Shown here: piece by piece, positions 10,272-20,202 of the stretch
Numbering within the stretch: position 1 is the first letter of the stretch
How the letters are laid out: every line of letters begins with the position of its first letter
From: an uncultured Acidobacteriota bacterium
GTDB taxonomy: Bacteria; Acidobacteriota; Blastocatellia; Pyrinomonadales; Pyrinomonadaceae
Assembly: GCA_963748145.1 (NCBI GenBank)
Contig: CAVVHR010000008.1
Coordinates: 40,695-104,694 of the forward strand
Length of the DNA: 64,000 nt
Direction of reading: 5' to 3'
Position numbers and translations under genes: made by a program
Notes under the pieces: model-generated
What the model was told of the DNA's origin: nothing
What the model saw: the letters and a program-made list of their open reading frames with translations, nothing else
Database searches by the model: none

Positions 10272-11072
10272 ATGAAACTTGCACTGAACGGCGCCACAAC
10301 TATGCGCGCCAGTTTGGAAACTGATCTGCAGGCGGCGAAGGCCGCGGGCTTCGATTACGTCGAGATCTGGGCCGCTAAAATTCGCGACAAATCGACTGAG
10401 GATTTGAAGAAACTCTTCTCCGAAGCAGGTGTGCCGCCGTTGAGCATCAACTCGATCGAGCACATCACATTTCGCGATGCTGAAGCCTACGAAAAAATCA
10501 AACAGCAGTGTCGCGACTGGAGCAAAATCGCGTCAGAGATCGAGTGTCCGTACATCGTCGTCGTGCCTGGACGACTGCCGCCGAATAAAGTCGATGTGGT
10601 TGAGGAATCCGTTCACGTCCTGACTGAGCTTTGCGATATCGCGGCGGAACATGGCGTGGCGTTGGCTTTCGAGTTTCTGGGCCAACCGGATTGCAGCGTG
10701 CCGACGTTGGATCTCGCGGAAGAGATCGTGCGCGCCGCCGGACGCGACAATCTCGGTTTGGTGATCGACAGTTTTCACTTCTACGCCGGCGGATCGAACG
10801 TCAGGATGATCGAGAAACTCGATCCGCGAATGATCTACATCTTTCACATCAACGACGCGGAGGACCTGCCGCGCGCGCAACTCGAGGATCGTCATCGCCT
10901 GCTGCCGGGACTCGGAATACTTCCGCTGCGCGAGATGATGGCCGCGTTTCGCGATATCGGTTACGACGACGTGGCGAGCGTCGAGATCTTCCGGCCGGAA
11001 TACTGGGAACGCGATCCGTTTGAATTAGCGCGTGATGCAAAAAAGGCGGCGGAACTGATTACATGTCCATAA
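10272..11072 (+). CDS. Sugar phosphate isomerase/epimerase (xylose isomerase-like TIM barrel)
   Basis: MKLALNGATTM...GFDYVEIW...FHINDAEDLP, the typical AP endonuclease 2/TIM barrel family pattern. Confidence 0.8.
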   Translation: MKLALNGATTMRASLETDLQAAKAAGFDYVEIWAAKIRDKSTEDLKKLFSEAGVPPLSINSIEHITFRDAEAYEKIKQQCRDWSKIASEIECPYIVVVPGRLPPNKVDVVEESVHVLTELCDIAAEHGVALAFEFLGQPDCSVPTLDLAEEIVRAAGRDNLGLVIDSFHFYAGGSNVRMIEKLDPRMIYIFHINDAEDLPRAQLEDRHRLLPGLGILPLREMMAAFRDIGYDDVASVEIFRPEYWERDPFELARDAKKAAELITCP

Positions 11073-12160
11073 GAATCGGGATTATTGGTTCAGGTTTTAT
11101 TGCAGGAGTTCACGCGGGCATTCTCGCGCGAGACGAGCGAGTTAGAGTTACAACGATTCACGACATCGTTCCCGATCGTGCGCAACAACTCGCGCGGGCG
11201 CACGAGGCCGCTGTCGCTTCATCGCCTGACGAAGTCATCGAACGTTCTGATGCAGTATTCATCACGACGCCGAACACGCGTCACGTTCCACTCGCACTCG
11301 CCGCCATCGAAGCCGGCAAACACGTCTTCTGCGAAAAACCGCTCGCGACCACGATCGCCGACGCGCAACTCGTCTACGAAAAGGCGCAAAGCAGCAACGC
11401 CGTTTTCCAGGTCGGTCACAACCGCCGCTTCGCACCCGTTTACGCAACTCTGAAACGTCTGCTCACCGAAACACACGAACCACATTCAGCACACGTCAAA
11501 ATGAATCGCGGCGAGTTGCTGAAACCCGAATGGACCGGCGACCCGGAAGTCACCGGCGGCTTCCTTTACGAAACGCCGATTCACATGTTTGACATGATGC
11601 GGTTCCTGTTCGGCGAGATCGAAACGCTGCACGCGATCGGATCGAGTCATGAGTACAACGAGATCGACGACTTTTCGGTGTTGCTGAAGTTCGCCAACGG
11701 CATGCACGCGACGCTCGCAACCGCCGCCGACGCGAGTTGGTTGTTTCCGTTCGAACGCGTCGAAGTCTTTTGTCATCACGTGACGCTCGTGACGCGCGAG
11801 ATGGAAACGCTGGTTTGGAGCAGCAGCCTGGAAGGTCATTTCAGTTCGGAGTCGATGCAGCAAACGCCGCGCGAGGAGAAGTGGGGCTACGTCCAGGAGG
11901 ATCGCGCGTTTGTCGATTCGATTGTGAACGGCACGCCGCCGCTCGTCACCGCGTTCGACGGTTTGATGTCGGTTGAGATCGCCAATGCGGTCTATGAATC
12001 GGTCTGTTCCGGCAGCCACCGTCCGGATCCGCTCCTGATATGTGCTAGAATCAGGTCACCCCTGCAAGTTTCCCCGTTAAAACTCTGCTATGTCGTCTGC
12101 GGAAGCCCATGCTCAACCGGCTGCGCGACCAGTAGAACTGGGCGCCGATCTCTATCGTGA
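11063..12160 (+). CDS. Gfo/Idh/MocA family oxidoreductase; likely real stop at 12036-12038 after a +1 indel near 12011
   Basis: The N-terminus has the Rossmann motif IGIIGSGFIAGVHA plus EKPLA. As assembled, the tail overlaps the next gene by 71 nt. The +1 frame gives ...CSG/AATVRIRS-stop, a typical family C-terminus. Confidence 0.85.
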   Translation: MSIRIGIIGSGFIAGVHAGILARDERVRVTTIHDIVPDRAQQLARAHEAAVASSPDEVIERSDAVFITTPNTRHVPLALAAIEAGKHVFCEKPLATTIADAQLVYEKAQSSNAVFQVGHNRRFAPVYATLKRLLTETHEPHSAHVKMNRGELLKPEWTGDPEVTGGFLYETPIHMFDMMRFLFGEIETLHAIGSSHEYNEIDDFSVLLKFANGMHATLATAADASWLFPFERVEVFCHHVTLVTREMETLVWSSSLEGHFSSESMQQTPREEKWGYVQEDRAFVDSIVNGTPPLVTAFDGLMSVEIANAVYESVCSGSHRPDPLLICARIRSPLQVSPLKLCYVVCGSPCSTGCATSRTGRRSLS

Positions 12161-14210
12161 GATCTTCGCCCACTCGCGCGAAGCTATCGCCATCGTCGAC
12201 CCGAACGGCTTCTATCTCGAGCAAAACGGCGCTCATTTCACGCTGCTGGGCTACTCAGACGACGACCTCGAAGGCCAAACACCCGCACTCGATATCGGTG
12301 AAAAGACGTTCGCCGAGGTCACACGCCAACTCGCCGAGAAGGGCGAATACTCAGGCGAGGCCGTGTGCCGTACGAAGAGCGGTGAAGAACTGAACGTCGA
12401 GCTCACGGTCTTCGTCATGCGCAACGGAGTCGGCGAGCCGCTCTGTTACGTCGGTATCAAACGCGATATCACCGCGCGTGCGCGCGAGATCCGCGCTCGC
12501 CGCCGCTCGGAGCAAAGGCTGGCGCTGCAGTATGCGATCACGCGAATTCTTTCCCGCTCGATCGATTTCGTCGAAGGCACGCACGAGATACTGCAAACGG
12601 TTTGCGAGAGTTTGGGATGGCAAGTCGGCGTGCTTTGGGCCGTCGATCGCCAGGGGGAGTCGTTGCGCTGCGTCGACTTCTGGCATGGTCCATCGCTCAA
12701 TCTCGACGGCTTCGAAACCGTTTCGCGCACGCGAACTTTCACCCGCGGCGTCGGCTTGCCCGGCCGCATCTGGGAGAGCGGCAAACCCGCGTGGATTCCG
12801 GACGTGAATGTCGATCCAAACTTCCCGCGAGCGCCGTTCGCCGCAGACGCAGGACTGCGCGGCGCTTTTGGTTTTCCGATTCTGCTCGGCGACGAAGTGG
12901 TCGGCGTGATGGAGTTTTTCAGTCAGCAGATCCGGCAACCCGATCAGGATCTGACCGACATGATCGCCAGCGTCGGTTTTCAGATCGGACAGTTTCACGA
13001 ACGCAAGCGGGCGGAAGAGAAGTTGGCCCACCTGCTGGTGCGCGAACGCGCCGCGCGTGGGGACGCGGAAAAGGCGAACCGTTTGAAAGACGAGTTTCTC
13101 GCCACGCTTTCTCACGAACTGCGCACGCCGCTAAACGCCGTGATCGGCTGGTCGCGCATGTTGAAGTCGGACCGGTTGGATCCGGAAAGCTCGCTGCACG
13201 CGATGGACGTGATCGAGCGAAACGCGTGGGCGCAGAAACAGATCATCGAAGATATTCTCGACGTGTCGCGCGTCATCACCGGCAAACTTCAGCTTCATCT
13301 TGCGCCGATCGATCTCGTCGGAATCGTTAAAGCAGCGTTGGATGCCGTTCGGCCCGCACTCGAGGCGAAGAACATCACCGTCGAGGAGAGTTATCAGCAA
13401 GGGCTCAAAGTGATTGCGGGTGACGCCGATCGCCTACAGCAGGTAGTTTGGAACCTGCTTTCAAACGCGTCGAAGTTTACGCCCGTAGGCGGTATGATCG
13501 CGATTCGGGTTACCCAGGACAAACGCTACGTGGAAGTTGAGATCGTCGACACCGGACCGGGCATCGCGCCTGAGTTTCTGCCGCACGTGTTTGAACGATT
13601 TCGGCAGGCCGACGGCTCCACCACACGCACACACCAGGGGCTGGGACTTGGTTTGGCCATCGTGCGCCACCTTGTTGAGTTGCATGGCGGTCTAATCAGG
13701 GCTGAGAATTTGGGTTCGCGGCCTGGCGCTCTATTCGCAGTCAAACTTCCCTTGCCCAGCACTGAATTGACGCTCGAAGCACCGTCTGAGACCGGTGCGT
13801 CCGACGATATCGAGACGGAAATCGATCTCGCCGGAGTTAGAATCCTGGTCGTCGAAGACGATCTCGACGCATTGGATCTGATCACGATCGATCTCGCCGA
13901 GCATGGCGCGAAAGTTCGCGGCGTCGGCTCGGCGGTCGAAGCGCTGGAACTGCTGAAGAACGAACCATTCGACCTGCTGATCAGCGACATCGGCATGGCT
14001 GACACCGACGGCTACAACCTGATCAAGCAAGTGCGCCATGAGGAGAGCCACAAAGGCGACCACATTCCCGCGATCGCACTGACCGCCTACGCGCGCACGC
14101 AGGATCGCATCCGTGCGATTGCGGCCGGCTACAACACGCACGTCGCGAAACCCGTCGAGATACGCGAGCTCGTCACCGTCGTCAAATGTCTCACCGGAAG
14201 AATCTCTTGA
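12090..14210 (+). CDS. Hybrid sensor histidine kinase (PAS - GAF - HisKA - HATPase_c - receiver)
   Basis: H-box LATLSHELRTPLNAV, N/G boxes (NLLSNASKFT, DTGPGI, GLGLGLAIV), and a C-terminal REC domain with LLISDIGMADTDG and K at VAKP. Confidence 0.9.
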   Translation: MSSAEAHAQPAARPVELGADLYREIFAHSREAIAIVDPNGFYLEQNGAHFTLLGYSDDDLEGQTPALDIGEKTFAEVTRQLAEKGEYSGEAVCRTKSGEELNVELTVFVMRNGVGEPLCYVGIKRDITARAREIRARRRSEQRLALQYAITRILSRSIDFVEGTHEILQTVCESLGWQVGVLWAVDRQGESLRCVDFWHGPSLNLDGFETVSRTRTFTRGVGLPGRIWESGKPAWIPDVNVDPNFPRAPFAADAGLRGAFGFPILLGDEVVGVMEFFSQQIRQPDQDLTDMIASVGFQIGQFHERKRAEEKLAHLLVRERAARGDAEKANRLKDEFLATLSHELRTPLNAVIGWSRMLKSDRLDPESSLHAMDVIERNAWAQKQIIEDILDVSRVITGKLQLHLAPIDLVGIVKAALDAVRPALEAKNITVEESYQQGLKVIAGDADRLQQVVWNLLSNASKFTPVGGMIAIRVTQDKRYVEVEIVDTGPGIAPEFLPHVFERFRQADGSTTRTHQGLGLGLAIVRHLVELHGGLIRAENLGSRPGALFAVKLPLPSTELTLEAPSETGASDDIETEIDLAGVRILVVEDDLDALDLITIDLAEHGAKVRGVGSAVEALELLKNEPFDLLISDIGMADTDGYNLIKQVRHEESHKGDHIPAIALTAYARTQDRIRAIAAGYNTHVAKPVEIRELVTVVKCLTGRIS

Positions 14211-14240
14211 GATTTCATTGGATACGTGTAAGCTGGGCCG

Positions 14241-14792
14241 ATGACAAAGCGTTGCGCCTGGGCCCGAACGCCGTTATCTATCGACTACCACGACAAAGAA
14301 TGGGGCGTTCCACTTCACGACGACACGCGACTGTTTGAATTTCTCGTGCTCGAAGGCGCGCAGGCGGGTCTGAGTTGGGAAACGATCCTGAACAAGCGCG
14401 ACAACTACCGCGACGCTTTCGACGGCTTCAATCCAACGAAGATCGCCAAATACAACGACCGCAAGATTGAAGCGCTGATGAACAACGCCGGCATCATTCG
14501 CAACCGGCTCAAGATCAACTCCGCGATCACGAATGCTCAGGCGTTTCTCGATGTGGCAAGCGTGTTCGGCAGTTTCGATTCGTACGTGTGGCGCTTTGTC
14601 GACGGGAAACCGCTGCGCCGCAAGCGCGGACAGCCCCTTGCAGCCCGCACGGAGCTGTCGGACGCCTTGAGCAAAGACCTTTCGAAGCGCGGCTTTAAAT
14701 TCGTCGGCTCGACGATCTGTTATTCTTTCATGCAGGCAGTCGGCCTGGTCAACGACCACGATCCCGCTTGCTTCCGTTACCGGGAAGTCTAA
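14241..14792 (+). CDS. tag: DNA-3-methyladenine glycosylase I
   Basis: YHDKEWGVPLHDD...FEFLVLEGAQAGLSWETIL, the hallmark Tag sequence. Confidence 0.9.
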   Translation: MTKRCAWARTPLSIDYHDKEWGVPLHDDTRLFEFLVLEGAQAGLSWETILNKRDNYRDAFDGFNPTKIAKYNDRKIEALMNNAGIIRNRLKINSAITNAQAFLDVASVFGSFDSYVWRFVDGKPLRRKRGQPLAARTELSDALSKDLSKRGFKFVGSTICYSFMQAVGLVNDHDPACFRYREV

Positions 14793-14834
14793 TCCCAGAT
14801 TCTAACCACCCATTTTCTTTTGGAGGTCCCGATT

Positions 14835-15905
14835 TTGAAACGAAAACCCTCAATTCTGCTGTTGCTCGTCGCGTTTCTCAGCTTTGTTCCAGCCGCTCTC
14901 GCCCAGTCGGCATCGACTGCGTTGGCTAATCTCCCAGAGGCGGACATGCTGATTTACCTCAGTCCTCAACGAATTCTGAATGACGCGCTTCCGAAGGTAA
15001 TGCCCGCGAAGGAACTCAACGAGATGCAAGCGGTATTTGCCGACCTTAAGCGCGGCGTCGGCGTCGATCCGTCAACCATCGAATACGTCGTTTTGGCGGT
15101 GCGATTTCACAAGCCGGCGGCTGATTTGAGTTTTGTGGCGCCTGATGTGATGGCCGTCGTCGGTGGCGACTTCAGTTCCGAGTCTCTGCTGACGCTGGCG
15201 CAACTGAGTCTTCAGGACAAAGTGCAGATCGAGAAGCATGGCGCAAAGACGGTCGCCATCATGAAAGTCGATGAGATCGCGAAAGAAGCGGAGAAGAACC
15301 CGCTGCTCAAGCCGTTTATCGAAGTCGGCGCAGTGGCTTTGACGCCCAACTCGCTCGCCATCGGCAACCTGCGTTACATCAACGCCGCCGTTGCCGCCGC
15401 CGACGGCACCGGACGGCTCAAACCCGAAACGCTTCAATCGCTGATGCGCGATCCGAATGTACTCATGGCCGCGACTGGTTCGCCGCTCGTTTCTTTCGCG
15501 CGCAGCTTTGGACTGCTCGGCACTGAAGCGACTCCGCGCGACAGTCGATGCGAGTCGAACTTCGGAAACTTCTACTCTGCTGCTGTTATTTCCGGCGCGA
15601 ATGTCAGTCTGCGCGGTGCGATGAACGCCGACAATCCTGACACGGCGAAGATCCTCACGAATCTGCTGTCGAGCTTGATGAAAACCGACCTCGCTCCGAT
15701 CCCCGACAAGACAGTGCAAGCGTTCCTGCAAAGTCTCAAATTGACGGCCAGGGATAACGAGGTCATGATTGAAGCGGACTTTCCTTTACAGATGATCGCC
15801 GACCTCGTTCGTGAGCAGACGAAACCGAAAGCGGAAGCGACTCCCACGTCGGCTCCGAAAAAATCGAGTCCCCGGCGGCCCGTACAAAGAAAAAGGAGAA
15901 ATTGA
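14835..15905 (+). CDS. Secreted hypothetical protein
   Basis: GGAGG lies 8 nt upstream of TTG 14835. Signal peptide LKRKPSILLLLVAFLSFVPAALAQ. I recognise no domain. Confidence 0.5.
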   Translation: MKRKPSILLLLVAFLSFVPAALAQSASTALANLPEADMLIYLSPQRILNDALPKVMPAKELNEMQAVFADLKRGVGVDPSTIEYVVLAVRFHKPAADLSFVAPDVMAVVGGDFSSESLLTLAQLSLQDKVQIEKHGAKTVAIMKVDEIAKEAEKNPLLKPFIEVGAVALTPNSLAIGNLRYINAAVAAADGTGRLKPETLQSLMRDPNVLMAATGSPLVSFARSFGLLGTEATPRDSRCESNFGNFYSAAVISGANVSLRGAMNADNPDTAKILTNLLSSLMKTDLAPIPDKTVQAFLQSLKLTARDNEVMIEADFPLQMIADLVREQTKPKAEATPTSAPKKSSPRRPVQRKRRN

Positions 15906-15910
15906 AAACA

Positions 15911-16441
15911 ATGCGTAAGAGTCTACTGGTGCCGGCGATTCTGTTGCTGGCAGGGATTGCAGTCGTTGTGCTTGCTTCGTTCGCTCGTTCGACAAACGCA
16001 GCCCAGAACGCGAATAGTTCCACGACCACGAATCGAAACGACAACCGGTCGATAACTCCGCCGGGGCAGAAACAAGAGGACTTCTCAAAGAACACGTGGG
16101 AGTTGCCGGAGGACGCGGACAAGACGAAGAACCCGGTTGAGGCCACGGAGGAGTCGATCGCGAAAGGCAAAGAGCTGTTCCTCGATCGCAATAAAGGCAA
16201 CTGCATTTTTTGTCATGGCGAGACTGGATCCGGTAACGAAGCGAATTTCCCGCGACTGCGACGCAAACCAGCGGACATCTCAAACAAGGAACGCATGTCG
16301 TCGATGACCGACGGCGAGGTGTTTTGGAAGATTACGAAAGGCATCAACGGCATCATGCCCGCGGGCGAGCGTAAGATGCCGAACGACGAGGAGCGATGGC
16401 ACGTCGTGAACTACGTCCGCACGCTCGCGAAGGCGAAGTAG
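15911..16441 (+). CDS. Membrane-anchored or secreted mono-heme c-type cytochrome
   Basis: CIFCH heme-binding motif with a distal Met in GIMPAG, and an N-terminal hydrophobic segment. Confidence 0.75.
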   Translation: MRKSLLVPAILLLAGIAVVVLASFARSTNAAQNANSSTTTNRNDNRSITPPGQKQEDFSKNTWELPEDADKTKNPVEATEESIAKGKELFLDRNKGNCIFCHGETGSGNEANFPRLRRKPADISNKERMSSMTDGEVFWKITKGINGIMPAGERKMPNDEERWHVVNYVRTLAKAK

Positions 16442-16464
16442 GATTGGTGTTTTCGATCCAGTGC

Positions 16465-16719
16465 GCCGAAGCTTTTCTGAACGCCGAGGGTTTTCTGAAC
16501 GCCGAAGCTTTCTGAATGCCTAAGCTTTTCTGAACGCCGAAGGCGTTCGCTAATGCAAGCCCAGGGTTGCTTCAACCCTGGGTTAGACCGTGCAGTACCT
16601 TCTTGAACTCTGAAGGAGTTCCATCGCAAACCAAACACCTTCAGTGTTTCCTATTTGTTCCGCTTACCTCCCAGGGTTGAAGCAACCCTGGGCTCGCATT
16701 AGTGAACGCCTTTGGCGTT
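16465..16719. repeat. Composite intergenic repeat: four tandem ~18-bp units, then a MITE-like pair of ~50-bp inverted repeats around a ~87-bp core
   Basis: The units are GCCGAAGCTTTTCTGAAC and variants (16465-16535). The left arm AACGCCGAAGGCGTTCGCTAATGCAAGCCCAGGGTTGCTTCAACCCTGGG (16533-16582) matches the reverse complement of 16670-16719 with 3 mismatches. Confidence 0.75.
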
Positions 16720-17622
16720 TTAGAAGAAGCGTTCCGCGTAGTCGCGTACTTCTTTTATTGAACGATCGGAAATCACGCGAAACAGTTTGAGCTCGCAGCC
16801 CGCGGGAATCTGTGGGGCCATCAGCGAGTCGGTGATTACAAACGCCGCGGAACGTAGCCCTTTCTCCCAACCACGTTCACGCGCGTCACGAAAACTGAGC
16901 GCGTCCGCATCGAGGCCCGCGGCGACGAGCAACGTCCGCGACCAGCGCAAAAACTCCGGCCACCGCGACACGATCGCAATCAACGCATCGGGTCGCGGTT
17001 TCGTTTCTCCGCGAAACGATTCCACCACCGATCCCGAGTGAAGCATGATCAGATCTGTTCCCGGTTTCACTCGATCGCCAAACGCTTCGAGATGACCGTA
17101 CAGCACGAGCGGCACCGCGCCGATCAACTTCGACGGGTTATCCAGATCTGTTGGACCAGCTCCTGAAACCCTGATCTTCGTCGCGGCCCGAATCTCCGCA
17201 ACCAGAATCTCTCGTAACTCCGGATCTGGTTCGAGTACGACGAAATGGTCCGGCCGCTGCACTGAGAACGATCGACTCACACCCGACTGAATGTCCGCGA
17301 GCGAATATCCCTCTTCACGAAGATGCCGGAAGAACCGCGAGATCAACTGGTCCAACGCAAGACCGTCTTCCATCTTCTCGTCCGCACGCAGCCGAACGTA
17401 CACGCCGCTGCCTTTGCGAAACTCCACCCAACCACGTCGCGCAAGCTCGCGATACGCTGCACTGACCGTATTCGCGTGAATCGAATAGCGCCGCGCAAGA
17501 TCGCGCGTGCTGGGCAAGCGTTCGCTCGGCTTCAGGTCGCTGCTAACGATGCCGAGCGTGATCTGAGTGATCAACTGCTCGCGAATCGGCACCTCACTGT
17601 TTTTGGCAAGCCATAGTCGCAT
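16720..17622 (-). CDS. GntR family transcriptional regulator with a C-terminal ligand-binding-like domain
   Basis: N-terminal wHTH: LPSTRDLARRYSIHANTVSAAYRELARRGWVEFRKGSGVYV. Confidence 0.8.
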   Translation of the reverse strand: MRLWLAKNSEVPIREQLITQITLGIVSSDLKPSERLPSTRDLARRYSIHANTVSAAYRELARRGWVEFRKGSGVYVRLRADEKMEDGLALDQLISRFFRHLREEGYSLADIQSGVSRSFSVQRPDHFVVLEPDPELREILVAEIRAATKIRVSGAGPTDLDNPSKLIGAVPLVLYGHLEAFGDRVKPGTDLIMLHSGSVVESFRGETKPRPDALIAIVSRWPEFLRWSRTLLVAAGLDADALSFRDARERGWEKGLRSAAFVITDSLMAPQIPAGCELKLFRVISDRSIKEVRDYAERFF

Positions 17623-17658
17623 GGCGCTTTTGGTGCGCGGCAGAATATCATATGCCGC

Positions 17659-18669
17659 GTGAGCAATCCGTCTTATCTGCGTTTACTAAGTGATGGCACG
17701 TTAGAAAAACGCGTCGCCGATCTCGAGCGGCTGCTGGAACGCTGCACCGTCTGCCCGCGCGATTGTCTGAACAACCGCCTGAACGACGAGATCGCCGCAT
17801 GTTACTCCGGCCGGCTGCCAATCGTCTCGTCGTACACCGCGCACTTCGGCGAGGAACCACCGCTCGTCGGCAGCAAAGGCGCGGGCAACATCTTCTTCGG
17901 CAACTGCAACCTTCGCTGCGTTTATTGTCAAAACTACCAGATTTCGCAAACTCACAAACAACAGATCAAGAACGAAGTCACACACGAGCGGCTCGCGGAG
18001 ATGATGCTGGAACTGCAAACGCGCGGTTGTCACAACATCAACTTCGTTTCGCCCACTCATTTCGCGCCGCAAATGGCGCGGGCAATCCTGATGGCCGCCC
18101 GACAGGGACTGCGCGTGCCGATCGTTTACAACACCAATTCGTACGACGCGGTTGAAGTGCTGCGCTTGCTCGATCGTATCGTCGACGTTTACCTGCCGGA
18201 CCTGAAGTATGCCGACGATGAATCGGGTTACATGTATTCGAAAGTCAGCGGGTACAAGGAGTTTTCGCGGCTCGCGTTGAAAGAGATGTTTCGCCAAACG
18301 GGTGACGAGTTGGTGTTTGATGACAACGGCTTATTGCAACGCGGTCTGGTGGTCCGTTTGCTCGTATTACCGAACGACATCGGCAGCACGCGTGAATCGA
18401 TCGAGTGGCTGCGTGATGAGTTGAGCCCGCGTGTGGCGATTTCGCTGATGGCCCAGTACTACCCGACGCACCAGGCCGAGACGAATAAACGCTACATGCT
18501 GTTGTCGCGCAGAATTCGCGAATCCGAGTGGATGAAAGCGACCGCCGCGCTCGAAGAGCTTGGAATGGAAGAAGGTTGGGTGCAGGAGTTCGACGGCTCG
18601 TCGTATTACTACCGCCCCGACTTCAGCGACGCCGATCGGCCGTTCCGAGATATTCGGGATTTCGAGTAA
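17659..18669 (+). CDS. Radical SAM protein, PflX-like (putative activating enzyme family)
   Basis: CNLRCVYCQN (CX3CX2C) cluster motif plus an upstream Cys-rich CTVCPRDC. Divergent from the GntR gene. Confidence 0.8.
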   Translation: MSNPSYLRLLSDGTLEKRVADLERLLERCTVCPRDCLNNRLNDEIAACYSGRLPIVSSYTAHFGEEPPLVGSKGAGNIFFGNCNLRCVYCQNYQISQTHKQQIKNEVTHERLAEMMLELQTRGCHNINFVSPTHFAPQMARAILMAARQGLRVPIVYNTNSYDAVEVLRLLDRIVDVYLPDLKYADDESGYMYSKVSGYKEFSRLALKEMFRQTGDELVFDDNGLLQRGLVVRLLVLPNDIGSTRESIEWLRDELSPRVAISLMAQYYPTHQAETNKRYMLLSRRIRESEWMKATAALEELGMEEGWVQEFDGSSYYYRPDFSDADRPFRDIRDFE

Positions 18670-18683
18670 CGCACGAGTTTTAA

Positions 18684-18787
18684 CCACAAGAGGCACAAAA
18701 AACACAAAAGGCACAAAGACAAGTAGAAGGAATATGATTCCTTCTACTTGTCTCTGTGCCTTTTGTGCTTTTTTGTGCCTTTTGTGG
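18684..18787. repeat. ~50-bp-arm inverted repeat (long hairpin, 3-nt loop) built from two inverted copies of the GCACAAANN element plus a unique palindromic core
   Basis: CCACAAGAGGCACAAAAAACACAAAAGGCACAAAGACAAGTAGAAGGAAT-ATG-ATTCCTTCTACTTGTCTCTGTGCCTTTTGTGCTTTTTTGTGCCTTTTGTGG, between convergent genes. Confidence 0.8.
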
Positions 18788-19576
18788 CTAAGTCTCGTAC
18801 CGGATCGCCGGACTTCCAGCCGGATAAAACACTCCCAGCAATCTCAACTCACCTTCGCCGGTATTCTCGACGCAATGCACCTGCCCGCGCGGCAGATAAA
18901 CACACGCGCCTGGTCCAATCGGCGTACTAACGTCCCCGGTCCACATGCGCCCTGTCCCACGCAATATGAACAACACCTCTTCATACTCATGAAAATGATC
19001 CGGCGCGCGTCCGGGCGGAATCGATCCGACAAACTGCGTCACCTGATCGCTGCCGATCTCGTGGTCCACCAACACTCGATACCAGCGATCGGCGGTCGGC
19101 ATCTCGCGCTGATCGGCCAACCTCACAATCGGCAATCTCTCAGGCGCCGGCGGATCTGTGAACACCAACTCGACGGAGTTGAGCGGCACAATGCCGCCAG
19201 AAGCACTCTCCGGACACTGCGAACTTACAAAACAAACCGCGTCTGGTCCGGGATTGTCGACCATCAACGTCTGGCCGGGACGCAGATAGATCCCGGTCTG
19301 CGCCTGCACTCGATGCGGTCGCCCGTCGATAAACACGGTGCAGCGTTTCGGCTTCGACGGATCGTCAAGATCCTCGAGCACGTACAGCACCTCGTCGCAG
19401 TCAGCGTTTCGCAGTCCCGCCGACAACCCGACGCCAAACTCCAAAATTCGCAGCGAGATCGCTTTTGCGCCCGTCGCCTTCCCTACCGGGTTCCAAATGG
19501 ATAGCGAACCTACAACATTGGGAGAGCCCTCGCGCATTGCTGACACGCGGCATCCTCCCACCAGATCTACGGCCAT
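18788..19576 (-). CDS. Bicupin domain protein
   Basis: The C-terminal cupin motif is PDHFHEYEEVLFILRGTG...VYLPRGQVHCVEN. An N-terminal second cupin-like barrel is also present. Confidence 0.7.
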   Translation of the reverse strand: MAVDLVGGCRVSAMREGSPNVVGSLSIWNPVGKATGAKAISLRILEFGVGLSAGLRNADCDEVLYVLEDLDDPSKPKRCTVFIDGRPHRVQAQTGIYLRPGQTLMVDNPGPDAVCFVSSQCPESASGGIVPLNSVELVFTDPPAPERLPIVRLADQREMPTADRWYRVLVDHEIGSDQVTQFVGSIPPGRAPDHFHEYEEVLFILRGTGRMWTGDVSTPIGPGACVYLPRGQVHCVENTGEGELRLLGVFYPAGSPAIRYET

Positions 19577-19586
19577 CTATAAGCTC

Positions 19587-20195
19587 CTAAGTTTTGCTGG
19601 TCGTCAGGTGGTGAGTGGTGTGTTCGGTGATAGACGCCGGTCGGGGTGTGCCGGGAGCCAGTTCGTTGGTCCGGGCAGGCGGCGCCTCGTAAACGACACG
19701 GTTCATGTCCAGTGCCTTCTGCGACATCGCGTCGAGAGCATCGCCGGGGAGTTCCTTGCGCGGCAGAGTGAAGAGCAGACCATTCAAGATCATTCCTACT
19801 CCAACCATAAACGTGATCAGCCACGGCAACATCATCGGCAACAAATCGATCTTGTCCATCGCCATGAGTATAACCGCGATGGCGCCTCCAAAACCGACGG
19901 CAGCGGTGATCACTCCGTTGCGAATCCGGCGCAAGCGTTTCTCTTCGGGCGATTCGAGAAACTTCTCAAACGACGGCAAAACATCTTCCGCCACTCTTTC
20001 AAGGTCCTTCGCCGAGTTCAGTTGCCGGATCTTGTCTGCCACGGCCATGCCGATCTGCTCGCGCGCAGAGATCGCCGACGCGGTGATCGCGTCGGGCCGT
20101 TCCAGCGAGTTTCGCACGACGCGCAAATCCGTGCCGCAGCCGCGACAGTATTGGCTCAGTTGTCGTTCTTCAGAACCGCAAGTTGGACAGTACAT
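19587..20195 (-). CDS. Zinc-ribbon domain membrane protein
   Basis: MYCPTCGSEERQLSQYCRGCG, followed by two TM segments. ATG 20195 lies 8 nt after the MoaD-like stop (alternative GTG 20213). Confidence 0.55.
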   Translation of the reverse strand: MYCPTCGSEERQLSQYCRGCGTDLRVVRNSLERPDAITASAISAREQIGMAVADKIRQLNSAKDLERVAEDVLPSFEKFLESPEEKRLRRIRNGVITAAVGFGGAIAVILMAMDKIDLLPMMLPWLITFMVGVGMILNGLLFTLPRKELPGDALDAMSQKALDMNRVVYEAPPARTNELAPGTPRPASITEHTTHHLTTSKT

Positions 20196-20202
20196 GGTGG
20201 TG

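Noticed and set aside
12351-13115. 254-aa minus-strand ORF
   Set aside because: It is antisense to the PAS-GAF region of the intact hybrid histidine kinase.
16465-16535. Tandem 18-bp repeats considered as a possible CRISPR array
   Set aside because: The units abut directly with no spacers. There are only four, they are degenerate, and no cas genes are present in the window.
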